Origin: Octopus vulgaris
Taxonomy: Eukaryota
Length of the DNA: 64,000 bases
NCBI GenBank assembly: GCA_951406725.2
Contig: OX597818.1
Location: 139,066,001 to 139,130,000 of the forward strand
Direction of reading: 5' to 3'
Shown one piece after another: positions 1 to 12,652 of the stretch. The translations under genes were made by a program, and so were the position numbers. The notes beneath the pieces are model-generated. The model was not told the origin of the DNA, did not search any database, and saw nothing but the letters and a program-made list of their open reading frames with translations. The stretch's first letter is position 1; the number at the start of each line of letters is the position of its first letter.

Positions 1-76
1 CAGAATAAAATTGAAGTGGGTGAGACTAACAAAATTGAGTATGTCTAATACGTCAATGACTATACACACACATCTG

Positions 77-356
<280 letters not shown>

Positions 357-996
357 GACACACACTGACGCATGCGTGCACAAACGGACGCACACACACA
401 CATACACATTAGAAAAACACATGTGTATACACACACACGCCAGAGGTTTGTAACCGTGCAAGAACCGTTATACCATCCATGTTTTATTATTGTTTTATTA
501 TTGTGTGTCTCTGCAAGTCACAATTATTTATATGTTGTACTTACCGCATTTATATCTGTTGCCATTACTCATATATATTTTGTTATTATATATTTTTGAT
601 TTACATATATTTTTTCAGATTTTTTCATTCGTTATTCGCCTGTTTTGTTTTGTTTTTTTGCATTTTTCATATTTTTCATATTTGCTTTATTATTTTTAGT
701 TCGAATATGGATGTATAAATGTGTGTATATTTGTATGTATATGTAAATACTTGTTTATGTATTCGACTACGAGTATGTATGCAAGTACGTGTAGGTTCGA
801 TGGTGTGCATATAATTATGTGAATACACTTCTTTGCGTGCGTGTGTGTATGTATGTATGGTTGAATGAGAGAGTGAGAGAGTGCATGCGTGTGTGTACGT
901 GTGTGTCTAAGAATACGGATGTATAAACATTGCTTAGACATGTAATTGCTAATATTTAATCATCGGTGCTGATATGGCTCCAAAAATATATGTATG

Positions 997-1038
<42 letters not shown>

Positions 1039-1039
1039 A

Positions 1040-1335
1040 CTCCTTATGTAGAGTCTGACCACCTCCATGGCGTCTGATGTGACTTTTTAAACCCGGCAAT
1101 GTATTGAAAATACAGCAACTTTAGATTGCATATCTGATTTGGACCACCAAGAGTTGCAGTTAAGTTCTGATCCTTGTGGATCTTAAAATGTATTTTGAGG
1201 CCTCCGTTAGATTTGCAGACCTTATGACATACACGGTGTTGAAAGGTGTGCACAGATATATAGGCAGAATAGTTGGTGGAGGTTCGTTTTCGTAAGTTGG
1301 TGGAAGTTCATTTTCATAAGTTGGTGGAGGTTCGT
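1040..1335 (-). mobile_element. Decayed C2H2 zinc-finger-coding fragment, possibly the 3' end of an RTE-type LINE ORF
   Basis: Minus strand reads CHKVCKSNGGLKIHFKIH, then a second broken finger (IAGFK.SH). It is preceded by a 24-bp repeat (YENEPPPT) and followed by a (TG)n tract. Confidence 0.4.
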
Positions 1336-2496
1336 ATATAAATATATGCATATATATATATATGCATACATGCACATATGTATACACACACACACATGTA
1401 TATATATATATATTTGTGTGTGTTTGTGTAGACAAATACTTATATGTGCGTATGTATACGTGTATCTATATCTACGTGTGTATGCGCATGTGATTGTATG
1501 TACGTACATCTGAATACATTTTGTATGTAGGTATTGTGAATACGTGCATATATATTTGGATACATCTATATATGTACGTATTAACAGAAGTCCGAAGATG
1601 CACCCAAGATTAATTTTTACTCACATGTAATCTTGTGATCTGTATGTTTAATTCCTGTTCTAGTAGATATTTTTTCGGAAATACCTCTAGTTAATAAGTA
1701 AACCTTAAGCGCTTTGGAGGAGCATAATTTTGAGCAGGGTTCCTCGTAGTGAAAAACAAGGCATTTCTAGAGAGTTAGTATCACTCTGAACTCTCGGGTT
1801 TCGTACAATAAATGTTTTAGCACCTCACTATTGATCTCTCAGATTTGGACGATATTTGAATAGTATGAACATGTTTGGAGAAACATGTATCGGCAGACAT
1901 AGCTATGTCCAGGTCACAAGTGATCCCAGTACTTTAAATTGGTTCTCTGTATAGGCGGGGATGAGGTAGAACTTTTCGTTGTGGCGATAATCTTTCTATA
2001 AGAGAGGACATGAAATTTTTTTCGGCGTTGAGCAATGTGTTTCGTATTCTCTGTAATATATGGTATCTAGGTTTTGCTAAAACACACAAACATGCACATA
2101 CGTGGGCGCGTAGTGTCGGGACACTTATCAGAAAGAATAAGGTGAGGTTTACATGGGGAGTGGAGTAACCGACATTATGGACCGTCATTCAAGGTAAAAA
2201 TGGCACGGGGGAAACTAATAGCAGGTGAGCACTCACAAAATCATATGATGAATATATGTGTGTGTGTGAGTGTGTGTGTGAGTGTGTGTGTGCGCCTTCA
2301 CACACTCTAAATTGAAGGATTACGCAGTACATTTGCAAATGCACAAATTTATTATTTCTTGTTTAAGAATAATATTGATAGTGACTTCGAAGTTTCGGCT
2401 AGCTAAGCCATCATGTATGTATGTATGTATGTATGTATGTATGTATGTATGTATGTATGTATCTATCTATCTGTGTATATATATATATATATATAA

Positions 2497-2820
2497 GGAG
2501 CACTCCATCGGTTACGACGACGAGTGTCCCAGTTGATCCGATCAACGGAACAGCCTGCTCGTGAAATTAACGTGTAAGTGGCTGAGCACTCCACAAACAC
2601 GTGTACCCTTAACGTAGTTCTCGGGGATATTCAGCGTGACACAGAGAGTGACAAAGCTGTCCCTTTGAAATACAAGTACAACTCATTTTTGCCAGCTGAG
2701 TGGTACTGGAGCAACGTGAAATAATGTGTCTCGCTCAAGGATGTAACGCACCGCCGGGAATTGAACTCACGACCTTACGATCGTGAGCCGAATGCCCCTA
2801 CCCACTAAGCCACGCGCCTT
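2497..2820 (-). mobile_element. tRNA-derived SINE, family A (diverged copy)
   Basis: Shares the tail GGAGCACTCC.TCGGTTACGACGA...CAACGGAACAGCCTGCTCGTGAAATTAACG with copies at 37471, 43001 and 60884. tRNA-like head (TGGCTTAGTGG...GTTCAATTCC) on the minus strand. Confidence 0.85.
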
Positions 2821-2841
2821 CACACACACACATATATAGAC

Positions 2842-2934
<93 letters not shown>

Positions 2935-2935
<1 letters not shown>

Positions 2936-3832
2936 GGAAAGTGCGTGGAATATTAATGCAGTATATGGGGATCGGACAATAAACGTAAGCCAGTGTCAAC
3001 GGTAATTCCAGAAATTCCGAGCTGGAAACTAGGACCTAGAAGACGAGCCTCATCCTGGAAGATCTGTAGAGCTCGACGAGGACGTCCTGCAAACCCTGGG
3101 GGAACAAAATCCCATCGTAACTTTTGAAGAACTAGCAGAGACGCTTGGATTTGGTCATTCAACTATTCATCAACACCTTCGTGCCGTTGGAAAAGTCAGT
3201 AAATTTTTCCGATGGGCTCCTCACAAACTCTTCTAGTCTAATCGTGTGCAGAGAGTGAATGTGCGCTCTTCTCTGCTGTCTCGTCTCAAGAATGAACCTT
3301 TCCCCAACCGAATAGTGACTGGTGACGAGAAATGGGCTCTCTTTAAAAATATCAAGCGCTGAAGACAGTGGGTAGGGAAAGGAGAAACACCGGCATCCCA
3401 GGCTAAAGGTCTTATCTCTCGTAAGGTGTTATCTGATTGGTGCCAAAAGTTTAAATCACTTTGAGCTTTCAAACCCAAACCAAGCGATAACCATGGAAAT
3501 CTACTGCGAGCAGCTTAAGTCAGCACTAGAAGAAAAACGCCCATTTTTGGTTGCAAGACGAAAGGTGTTCTTCCATTAGGATAACGCTCGGCCACATATA
3601 GCGAGGATGACATTTCAATGGCTGGAGCACTTTGATGGGAAACGATGCCCCACCCATCATATACGCCGAACATTGCCCCCATCTGATTAGCATTTATTCC
3701 GTAATCTTCAAAATCATTTGGACAGAAAAAAAATATGAATTCTGTAGACTAGATCAGAACAGTACTGGAGGAGTATTTTTCGTCACGGACAAGTAAATTT
3801 TGAAAGAGAGCCCTTGAAAGTCTACCAGATAG
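2935..3832 (+). pseudogene. Decayed mariner (DD34D) transposase
   Basis: Motifs across stops and frameshifts: FQKFRAG..DLEDEP.PGR, WAPH, IVTGDEKW (~3312-3335), H*DNARPH (~3574-3597), HPSYTPNIAP.SD.HLF. Confidence 0.9.
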
Positions 3833-4559
3833 TGCCATGCATTGGAACTGAACCCGGAACCCATGGTTGCTAAGCGGGCTTCTTAAACATGCAGCCATGC
3901 CGGCGTCTATGCGTAGCATGTATATTCTCAGTGCTTTTATCTAGGAGTCTCTGTTGACCATCTACGTACATCTGCACCTGCATGGACCTGCCTAGGAAGG
4001 AAAGAAAGCAATTGATTATACATGCAAATCTTACCGTTCCACGTCACTGTGCTGCCCTAAGGGAAATTTACCATTCTGGGGCCGATGCAACTCGGTATCT
4101 GTCTCGTTGCAGGCGTTGCTACTAGAAAGCAAGTGGCTATAACAGATATTGTAGTTCTCATAAACAGCTAGATATATTAAGAGCAGAACTGGTAATATAT
4201 AGCATATATAAAATATATTCTCAATGCTATCGTTAATATGGAAATATGTTTATGATAGCACTAGAAATATCTAGACTATATTCCCACTGCAACCATATAT
4301 ATTTAAACAGGTTCATAGTAGTATTGGGAATATACAGATTACATAACATATTCTCAGCACAACCATAAACATTTTAATATTTCCAAATATTTATCAAAAA
4401 TATTGAAATATCTTAGCGTTTGGTACAATGCTACACTTGTAAAAGGGAGAAGTATAAATTGATTTAATCGACCGTAATATAATAACAGGTTCTTGTTTTA
4501 GCAATCTAAGTAGGATAAAAAGTAAAGTTGTCCCAAGAGGAACGAAATACGAGTTTACT

Positions 4560-4950
4560 CCCGATCAAATTTTAAATTCCACTGGGATCATCTTCGCCTT
4601 TTATTCATTTAGGGTCATTAAAATAAAATATCAGTAAGTAATGGGTTCGATATAATCTACAGGTCCCTCCCCCCTCGTCGATGCGTCTGAGCTTATGACC
4701 TATATTAGAAATCAATATTAATATCTACTGTTAGGCGGTAAGCTGGTAGAATCGTTAACACGCCGGGGAAAATGCTTAACGGCATTTCGCCCATCTTTAC
4801 GTTCTGAGTTCAAATTCTGCCAAGTCCGACTTTATCTTCCTTCTTTTCAGGGGTCGATAAAAAAGTACCAGTTGAACCCTGGGGTCGATATAACCGACTT
4901 AGCTTCTCCCTCGAACTTGTTGGCCTTGTGCCAATATTTGAAACCAATAT
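4560..4950 (+). mobile_element. Two adjacent copies of tRNA-derived SINE family C
   Basis: Head GGCGGTAAGCTGGTAGAATCGTTA...GTTCAAATTC. Central segment is a variant of GACTTTGCCTTTCATCCTTTCGGGGTCGATAAAATAAGTACCAG, which recurs at ~23460, 24290, 43680, 47460, 55230 and 60575 and from memory resembles the Meta-domain SINE core. Confidence 0.75.
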
Positions 4951-5198
4951 TAATCTACTAATCTTTCTAAACCAGGACCACCTTTCAAAACCGTAAACAT
5001 CGATATCTAACTTTAAAAAAGGGACTTGAACATTTTTAAAGGGAGAAGAATATAGTCGACCGATTTTATCAATCTAAAGAAGTAAAGACCTCAATGCTCA
5101 GCATTTTAAAACTGTTGTAATACTTACAACATTTAATAAAACGATGTAGTACGAAACGATCGTACCGAATTACTGGAGTCATTCTTGTTGCTTATTTG

Positions 5199-5240
<42 letters not shown>

Positions 5241-5244
<4 letters not shown>

Positions 5245-5470
5245 CGTATATTTGCCATTTGAATATGGCTAACCCCTAAGGGTGGATGCTACTGTAGTTT
5301 GTAGCCCCAGGAAGACACCTCCTCCAGCTGGCTGTAGACACACAGAAAGTGTGATAGGGCACAGAAAGTGTGTCTATAGCCAGCTGGAGGAGGTGTCTTC
5401 CTGGGGCTACAAACTACAGTAGCATCCACCCTTAGGGGTTAGCCATATTCAAATGGCAAATATACGTCAC
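5241..5470. repeat. Long inverted repeat (~103-bp arms, ~24-bp spacer) next to (TA)n
   Basis: GTGACGTATATTTGCCATTTGAATATGG... at 5241 is mirrored by ...CCATATTCAAATGGCAAATATACGTCAC ending at 5470; one mismatch seen. Confidence 0.95.
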
Positions 5471-6494
5471 GATGTGTTGCCGCTACTGTTTATAACTCGC
5501 TCTGAGATTTACCATTATATATATATATATATGATATCTGAGCACATACCACAACACATTTTGCTCTCTACTTCTACAAAACCATAAATATTAATGCATA
5601 ATCTTCGCTGTCATTGTTGGTATCCATGTTACTCTACTTGTATCAACAATTCTCATAAAACCTGCTTTTCTAAAAACGAGGAATAACCTACCGTCTTCTC
5701 GTTTATTTTCGCTTGACTTTAGATCTGCCAGAATTTATTTTCGTTTCCACTTGTCATTGTTCTGTTGGACAAACGGTTCTTACCATTTATGGTCCCGACC
5801 AAACGTTTCACAAGTGTCGAACATACTTAACATATTTAAAACATGTTTTATACGCTCTCTCTCTCCCTCTGTCTCTGTCTCTCTCTCTTTCTCCCTCTCT
5901 CTATCTCTCTCTCTCTCTCTCGCCCTCTTTCTCTCGCCCTCTTTCTCTCTCTCTCTCTCTGACACACACACATTAACAAATGTATATTCCTTTTTTGAGT
6001 TTTACTCTATTCAGATACAATCCGTGCTTATATATATATATATATATATATAAATCTGTATGTCAGTCTGTGTGTGTGTGTGTGTGTGTAATTGATATCG
6101 AAGAGGAGAGTAGAGAATTATTCACATCCAAAATTTCTTTATTAAAATGTTTTCTACAGCATATATAATACTGACTTACATGTTTCGACTTCAGCGACTG
6201 TACGTTGCTCTCTATGCCATTATGCATCCTAGTCGCTGCAATTCAATCAAGGGTCCATCACTCACGACGCTTTCAAAGATTGACCCTTACATAAGGTTTA
6301 AGATGGAAAAAAACGTGGAGATGTGACGTTCCGTGAATCGCTCTTCGTCAGAAAGAGAAAAGAGGCAAGAGTCTGCAAGAGAAGTAAATACGCGCTTAAT
6401 GGAATGAGAAAATTATTGTTTCAGACATTAGCCCTTCATCAGAAGACAGAAACATAGAGGGAATAAAAAAGGAAAATGCACAGTGAAACTAGAT

Positions 6495-6679
6495 CAGGGA
6501 TCTCCAAAGTGGTGGATGTCGACCTTGGGATCGATGGGATTATTCAAGGGGTCGGTAAATGCATATCTACTTAATTATTGTTATTATTTATTTAATTTCA
6601 TATATATATGCCTGGGGGTCGATAATTGGTCAAGAATTCCATGAAAGGGTCGATGGTATAAAAATTTTAGGGACCTCTG
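6495..6679. mobile_element. hAT-type MITE
   Basis: Imperfect TIRs CAGGGATCTCCAAA / TTTAGGGACCTCTG; 8-bp flanks AACTAGAT / AACTTGAT fit a TSD with one mismatch. Confidence 0.75.
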
Positions 6680-7642
6680 AACTTGATGAAGGGTTAGAAG
6701 CCAAATGGGAACGCTGTTCTATGAGGGTATTTAGAAAAGAGAAAGGAGTGGATGTTTAGATGTAAGTATAAAATTCTTCTGTGTCTGGAAGAGGGTATAA
6801 GGACGTGTGTTTGCGTGTGTTAGAGTGGTGCATGTGTCTGTAGAGATGTTTGCAAGCGTGCACCCTTTTTTGATGGTGAAGGCACTGGAATTTCTACGTG
6901 GTGGCTCAAACTGCTAGAAATATCAACTAAATATTCCTCAAATTACACACTTCAAGAAATAAGAGGGAAGAATGTACTGCGCATAGACGTTTTAGACAAC
7001 CACAAAAAAGATTGTCATGACGGGAACCGTTGTAACCGTAGGTCTGTTCCTTTAAAGCTGATTAGGGCTATCTTGCAACAGGAGAAGTCCATAAATCAAT
7101 GTGGTATCTCGGTCTGTTAAAAATAGCAGCTAAATCTTACTCAAGCTACTCCTTACCATCTTATAACGAATGTCCTTGCTGTAATCTACTTTTGGAAACA
7201 ATAAACAACGGGATAGTTGTTGGTTGGAAATCCTTTAATTACAGGTCTGCGCGATTTGGACTGTCTTAGGGCTAAACAAAAGTAATAACAGCTACAAGTG
7301 TGGCATTGTCACAGTTGACAGCCGGAAATAATGGTTTCAAAATTTGACACAAGTCTAGCAGCTTTAAAGGGCGTGGGTATGTCGATTACGTCGAACTAGT
7401 GTCCAATTGGAATATATTTTATCAACTACATGGATTTGAACTCAGAATGTTAAGAGCCGCTCTGCAAGCTCTGCGCCTTATCGTCTGAAATAATTGAAGT
7501 TCAATAATGGCCGAACACTTGTTAATAGGAGTATTTGATCACGTGATGTCAGAGTATTGACTATTCATAACATGAATACGTGAGATAAAAAAAATGACAG
7601 TGGTAAAATATACGTAGAAAAAAATTATTTTGAGTAATTCAC

Positions 7643-7765
<123 letters not shown>

Positions 7766-7911
7766 ATTATCAATATAGGGTGGCAAAAAAAAATTTGCAG
7801 AATTTTTTTGCCACCAGCGGCCTAGTGGGAAAAAATTTTGAAAATTCTAGGTCAGATATTGCCGAGGCAGGGACAGAAATGCCTCGTGAAAATATCTGTT
7901 CCGTTCTGGCT

Positions 7912-8018
7912 ATTTCTTACTGAGGAATCTAAGGGCCTATGGAAGATTGGCTTGATTTAATTTAATCAGGTTAGTTTACCATTAAACAGTAGATGAAACG
8001 GTGCATCGTATAAGAAAT
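7912..8018 (+). ncRNA. Type I hammerhead ribozyme, copy 1
   Basis: Stem I ATTTCTTA/TAAGAAAT; core CTGAGGA; stem II ATCTA/TAGAT enclosing a long hairpin; GAAA; stem III CGG-TGCA-TCG; GTA triplet, predicted cleavage after 8010. Confidence 0.85.
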
Positions 8019-8402
8019 TACAGGGTAAATGTTTTTTTAATTTTCTCCTGGTTTACGGAATTAATGTTATTTTTGCGGTTGAAGCTTTGGCTGTTATTTC
8101 TAGTGGGTGAATGGCCTATTATGGCCGTTCCTTGATTGTGATGTTGAACTTATAAATGGTCTAAGACTATTTAATTTTTTCCCACTAGGCCGCTGGTGGC
8201 AAAAAAATTCTGCAAAATTTTTGTTGCCACCCTATATTGATTAATTATGAATTTTCTGGTTGATTCCGTAATGGAATCGGCGGCTTATATTTATTTGCTG
8301 CCGATAAATTTGGCGCGAGTGCGATGATTTGAAAATTTTAGGTCAGATATTGCCGAGGCAGGGACAGAAATGCCTCGTGAAAATATCTGTTCCGTTCTGG
8401 CT

Positions 8403-8509
8403 ATTTCTTACTGAGGAATCTAAGGGCCTATGGAAGATTGGCTTGATTTAATTTAATCAGGTTAGTTTTCCATTAAACAGAAGATGAAACGGTGCATCGT
8501 ATAAGAAAT
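8403..8509 (+). ncRNA. Type I hammerhead ribozyme, copy 2
   Basis: Same core and stems I and III as copy 1; stem II ATCT/AGAT; predicted cleavage after 8501. Confidence 0.85.
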
Positions 8510-8628
8510 TACAGGGTAAATGTTTTTTTAATTTTCTCCTGGTTTACGGAATTAATGTTATTTTTGCGGTTGAAGCTTTGGCTGTTATTTCTAGTGGGTG
8601 AATGGCCTATTATGGCCGTTCCTTGATT

Positions 8629-8687
<59 letters not shown>

Positions 8688-8994
8688 GAAGGGTCTTTTT
8701 CCTTGTGTGGTTTGTCTTGTACTCTGTTTTTTCGTTGTAAAAAAATGGTCTGTTCCATGCTTGTTTTTCCGTTTTCGTTTCTCGTTGAGTTCTACGTCTA
8801 TTTGTGGTGTCCTGTACTCATGTATATATATTTATATATGCATGTATATATACATGTAGATGTAGGTACGTACATACATGTATGTATGTATGCATATATT
8901 TTATTCATTACACTATATATATATATATACATGAGTACTGAATATTAAAAAAAAAATGGACGCTATTTCTCTTCACCACGTTATATTAAACTTA

Positions 8995-9380
8995 CACTTT
9001 TTACTTGTTCCAGTCATTTGACTGTGGCCATGCTGGAGCAACGCTTTTAGTCGAAGAAATCGACCCCAGGACTTATTCTTTGTAAGCCTAGTACTTACTC
9101 TATCGGTCTCTTTTGCCGAACCGCTGATTTACGGGGACGTAAACACACCAGCATCGGTTGTTAAGCGATGTTGGGGTACAAACACAGACACACAAACATA
9201 TACAGACATATGCATATATATACGACGGGCTTTCAGTTTCCGTCTACCAAATCCCCTCACAAGGCTTCGGTCGGCCCGAGGCTATAGTAGAAGATACTTG
9301 CCCAAGGTGCCACACAGTGGGACTGAACCCAGAACCATGTGGTTGGTAAGCAAGCTACTTACCACACAGCCACTTCTGCG
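8995..9380 (-). mobile_element. tRNA-derived SINE family B (CORE-like, internal CA/TA microsatellite)
   Basis: Minus-strand head GTGGCTGTGTGGTAAG...GGTTCAGTCCC, CORE-like CCTTGGGCAAGT, tail CCAGCATGGCC.CAGTCAAATGACTG. More than 10 copies in the window. Confidence 0.88.
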
Positions 9381-10736
9381 TTTTAAAAAAATTTTCAATT
9401 ACAGTATTTTATTATCATTTCTCATATACATATTTCTCGTATCTATAATGATATATAGGTAAAATGCTAATAAAATACCCATATATAAATAATTATTTAG
9501 TGAAAGCTATTTTATTGTGATGCTAATGTCTGAATTTAATATTTTTAAAATAGATTTTCTAATATTGACGATTTTCTTTTATTTTATCTTTTACTTGTTT
9601 CAGTCATTAGACTGCGGTCATGCTGGGGCACCGTCTTGAAGAATTCTAGACGAACGAATCGACCCTAGTACGTATAATTTCTCTATTTCTAAGCCTGGTA
9701 CTTATTCTAGCGTTCTCTTTGCCAAATGTTAATAGTAAGCGTATATGTGGCGTGCTCAGCCACTTGCACGTTAATTTCACGAGCAAGCTGCTTTGTTGAT
9801 CGGATCAACTGGAACCCTCGTCGTCGCAACCGACGGAGCGACAGTCGGAAGGAATCGAACTCATGTTCTTTTTTTTGTTACCTCAGCGTAATTACTGCAG
9901 TTAGCGACTGTGATAATACCGAGTGAGTTAAAACTAGGGGTCACATTACCATAATCCATTTGAGAAACATCAACCCTTGCATTTATTTTTAAACATGTGA
10001 ATGCCTATGTGTATGTACACACAATCACAAACTCTCACACACGGAAATACAGTAAGCCTGTAATCGCCTTTAAATTATAGGTATTATAAGGGCGTTACTT
10101 CCGTTAACAGAATAACGAGAGAAAGGTTAGCTATTGAAGCTTCTGTAGCATAGCCATGCAGAATCAAACCAAATTATACAAATTACTTTTGTCAATAAAC
10201 ATGCACAGGATTGAAAATGGCTCCACGCTTATAAGTAGACATTTAACCATCTCCCCATGAAAGGTGCTATCTTCCAGAGGCTGTCAACGTTCAGTCATAC
10301 AATAGATGTTGCCCAAAACTTTTTCATGGGTCTTACAGCATAGCAGAATATTTCCACTGTGACATCAGCTAATGAGATGTAAGTTTTATACCCACGTTTT
10401 CTAATGCCGCCATATTAAAGCGAGAGAAACGAAATAGTAAGTGAATGTCTGACTGGCAGTCGAGAGTATCGTCTGGTCTTTTCGGGGGACAAATTCAGTG
10501 CGAGCTTTCTTGGTGAGTAGCTCAAATAGGAAGTTGTAACGTTAAGGATGGGCAATCTCACTGAAAAATAGTGTGTAGGAGCTAACCAACAGACGATGAT
10601 TCGTAATAAGTTCAGCAGATACTGTCGGGCCGTCTGCTGGATTTGTCAGAAATGGAAGGAATGCGACAATTCAGCCCTTTATAAATTTTTCTAATGTCCA
10701 CTTCCTGTTGGATAGAACCTGCCGACGTCTCTCTCT

Positions 10737-11139
10737 CTCTTTTACTCTTTTACTTGTTTCAGTCATTTGACTGCGGCCATGCTGGAGCACCGCCTTTTTT
10801 AGTCGAGCAAATCGACCCCGGGACTTATTCTTTGTAATCCCAGTACTTAGTCTATCGGTCTGTTTTGCCGAACCGCTAAGTGACGGGGACGTAAACACAC
10901 CAGCATCGGTTGTCAAGCAATGCTAGGGGGACAAACACAGACACACAAACACACATACACACATATACATATACACATATATACGACAGGCTTCTTTCAG
11001 TTTCCGTCTACCAAATCCACTCACAAGGCATTGGTCGGCCCGGGGCTATAGCAGAAGACACTTGCCCAAGATGCCACGCAGTGGGACTGAACCCGGAACC
11101 ATGTGGCTGGTTAGTAAGCTACTTACCACTCTTGCGCCT
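10737..11139 (-). mobile_element. SINE family B, near full length
   Basis: High identity to copies at 42301, 59985 and 62811; (TAAAAGAG)n tail. Confidence 0.9.
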
Positions 11140-11604
11140 ACGTCAAATTGCGAAAGTTGTCCTGTCCCTTTTCTTTGATAAGAAAGTCAGGTAATTCATT
11201 GCTTGTTTGCTATAGTAAAAGATGTGGTACGTTTTATAAGGTTAAACAGAGGGAAGCTTGTGATTTTCTCACTAAGGAGAAAAGCTTAACATCTTCGAGA
11301 ACGTGAAGAAAGTGAAAACAGAATGAAAAGTGTTGCCAGCTAAGTTTATGACGTGTGTAACGAAAGATTTGACGCATCAGTGTTGCGTGACGTTCGGTTG
11401 ATTCTCTTTGGGTGACTGTTTTCTCTTCTTGGGTTCTGTTAAGCATTGATTTTATATCAAACATATACACGCGTGCACACATATATACACACATACGTAC
11501 TAATATAAATCTGTTTATACATGTGTGTGTGTGAGTATACACATATATAAACAAGTATACTATCATGCACTCTCTCTTACACTACACATAAACGTGTATG
11601 TGTG

Positions 11605-11660
<56 letters not shown>

Positions 11661-12092
11661 TGTGTGTGTGTGTATGTGTGTGTGTGTTTGTGTGCGTGTA
11701 CATTCGGTACGTATATATATATATGAACTGTAAGGTTAGGTATAAGTATCTGTACCCCTCTGCACGTGGATGCGAATATGAACGTTTTCACTTTTGCTCC
11801 TGTTCCTAAGCAATGTATAGCAGCTGTGGGAGTTACAAAAACAAATGTTAAATACATGAATAAACAAACAAAAAAATATATATATATATATTATGAAGAA
11901 CCCCCCACCCTTCCCCTTGTTGCCCCCCGATGAATTGGTCATGATATGGTAACATCTAATTTTGGAACTAAATGGAAACAAAATCTTTAACACATGATAC
12001 GTTACATGCATACGTGCGTATATACACAGATACGTGTTCATACATGTACACACACACACACATGCACACACACACATACACACATACACACA

Positions 12093-12129
<37 letters not shown>

Positions 12130-12190
12130 ACATATATATATATATATATATGTATAATTTCTTTCTGTATAATATGTGAATACAATTATA

Positions 12191-12241
<51 letters not shown>

Positions 12242-12486
12242 TCATACATCCATCCATCCATCCATCCATCCATCCATCCATCCATCCATCCATCCATCCA
12301 TGCATACATATACATACATACATACATACATACATACATACATACATCCATCCATACATACATACATACATACATAAATGCATACATACATTCATTATAA
12401 GTGCGTGCGTGTATGTGTATACATTTCTACATAATAGGCGTATATATATAAGTAGCTATATATATGTGTCTATGTATGTGTATGCA

Positions 12487-12487
<1 letters not shown>

Positions 12488-12575
<88 letters not shown>

Positions 12576-12576
12576 G

Positions 12577-12643
<67 letters not shown>

Positions 12644-12652
12644 GTCTATCTA
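12488..12652. repeat. (TATC)n microsatellite
   Basis: Direct inspection. Confidence 0.95.

Larger units (their letters stand above)
7769..8633 (+). mobile_element. Non-coding retrozyme / Penelope-pLTR-like element with two hammerhead-bearing direct repeats
   Basis: Near-identical direct repeats 7837-8142 and 8328-8633 (offset 491). The 5' segment 7769-7837 is the reverse complement of 8173-8241. (TA)n tracts on both flanks; no ORF. Confidence 0.8.

Noticed and set aside
1700-2060. Decayed LINE RT on the minus strand (FKVLGITCD...FSKHV)
   Set aside because: A single weak motif, insufficient without a profile search.
10910-11194. Recurrent ORFs ending ...AEDTCPRCHAVGLNPEPCGW as a gene family
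   Set aside because: Antisense translation of SINE family B copies.
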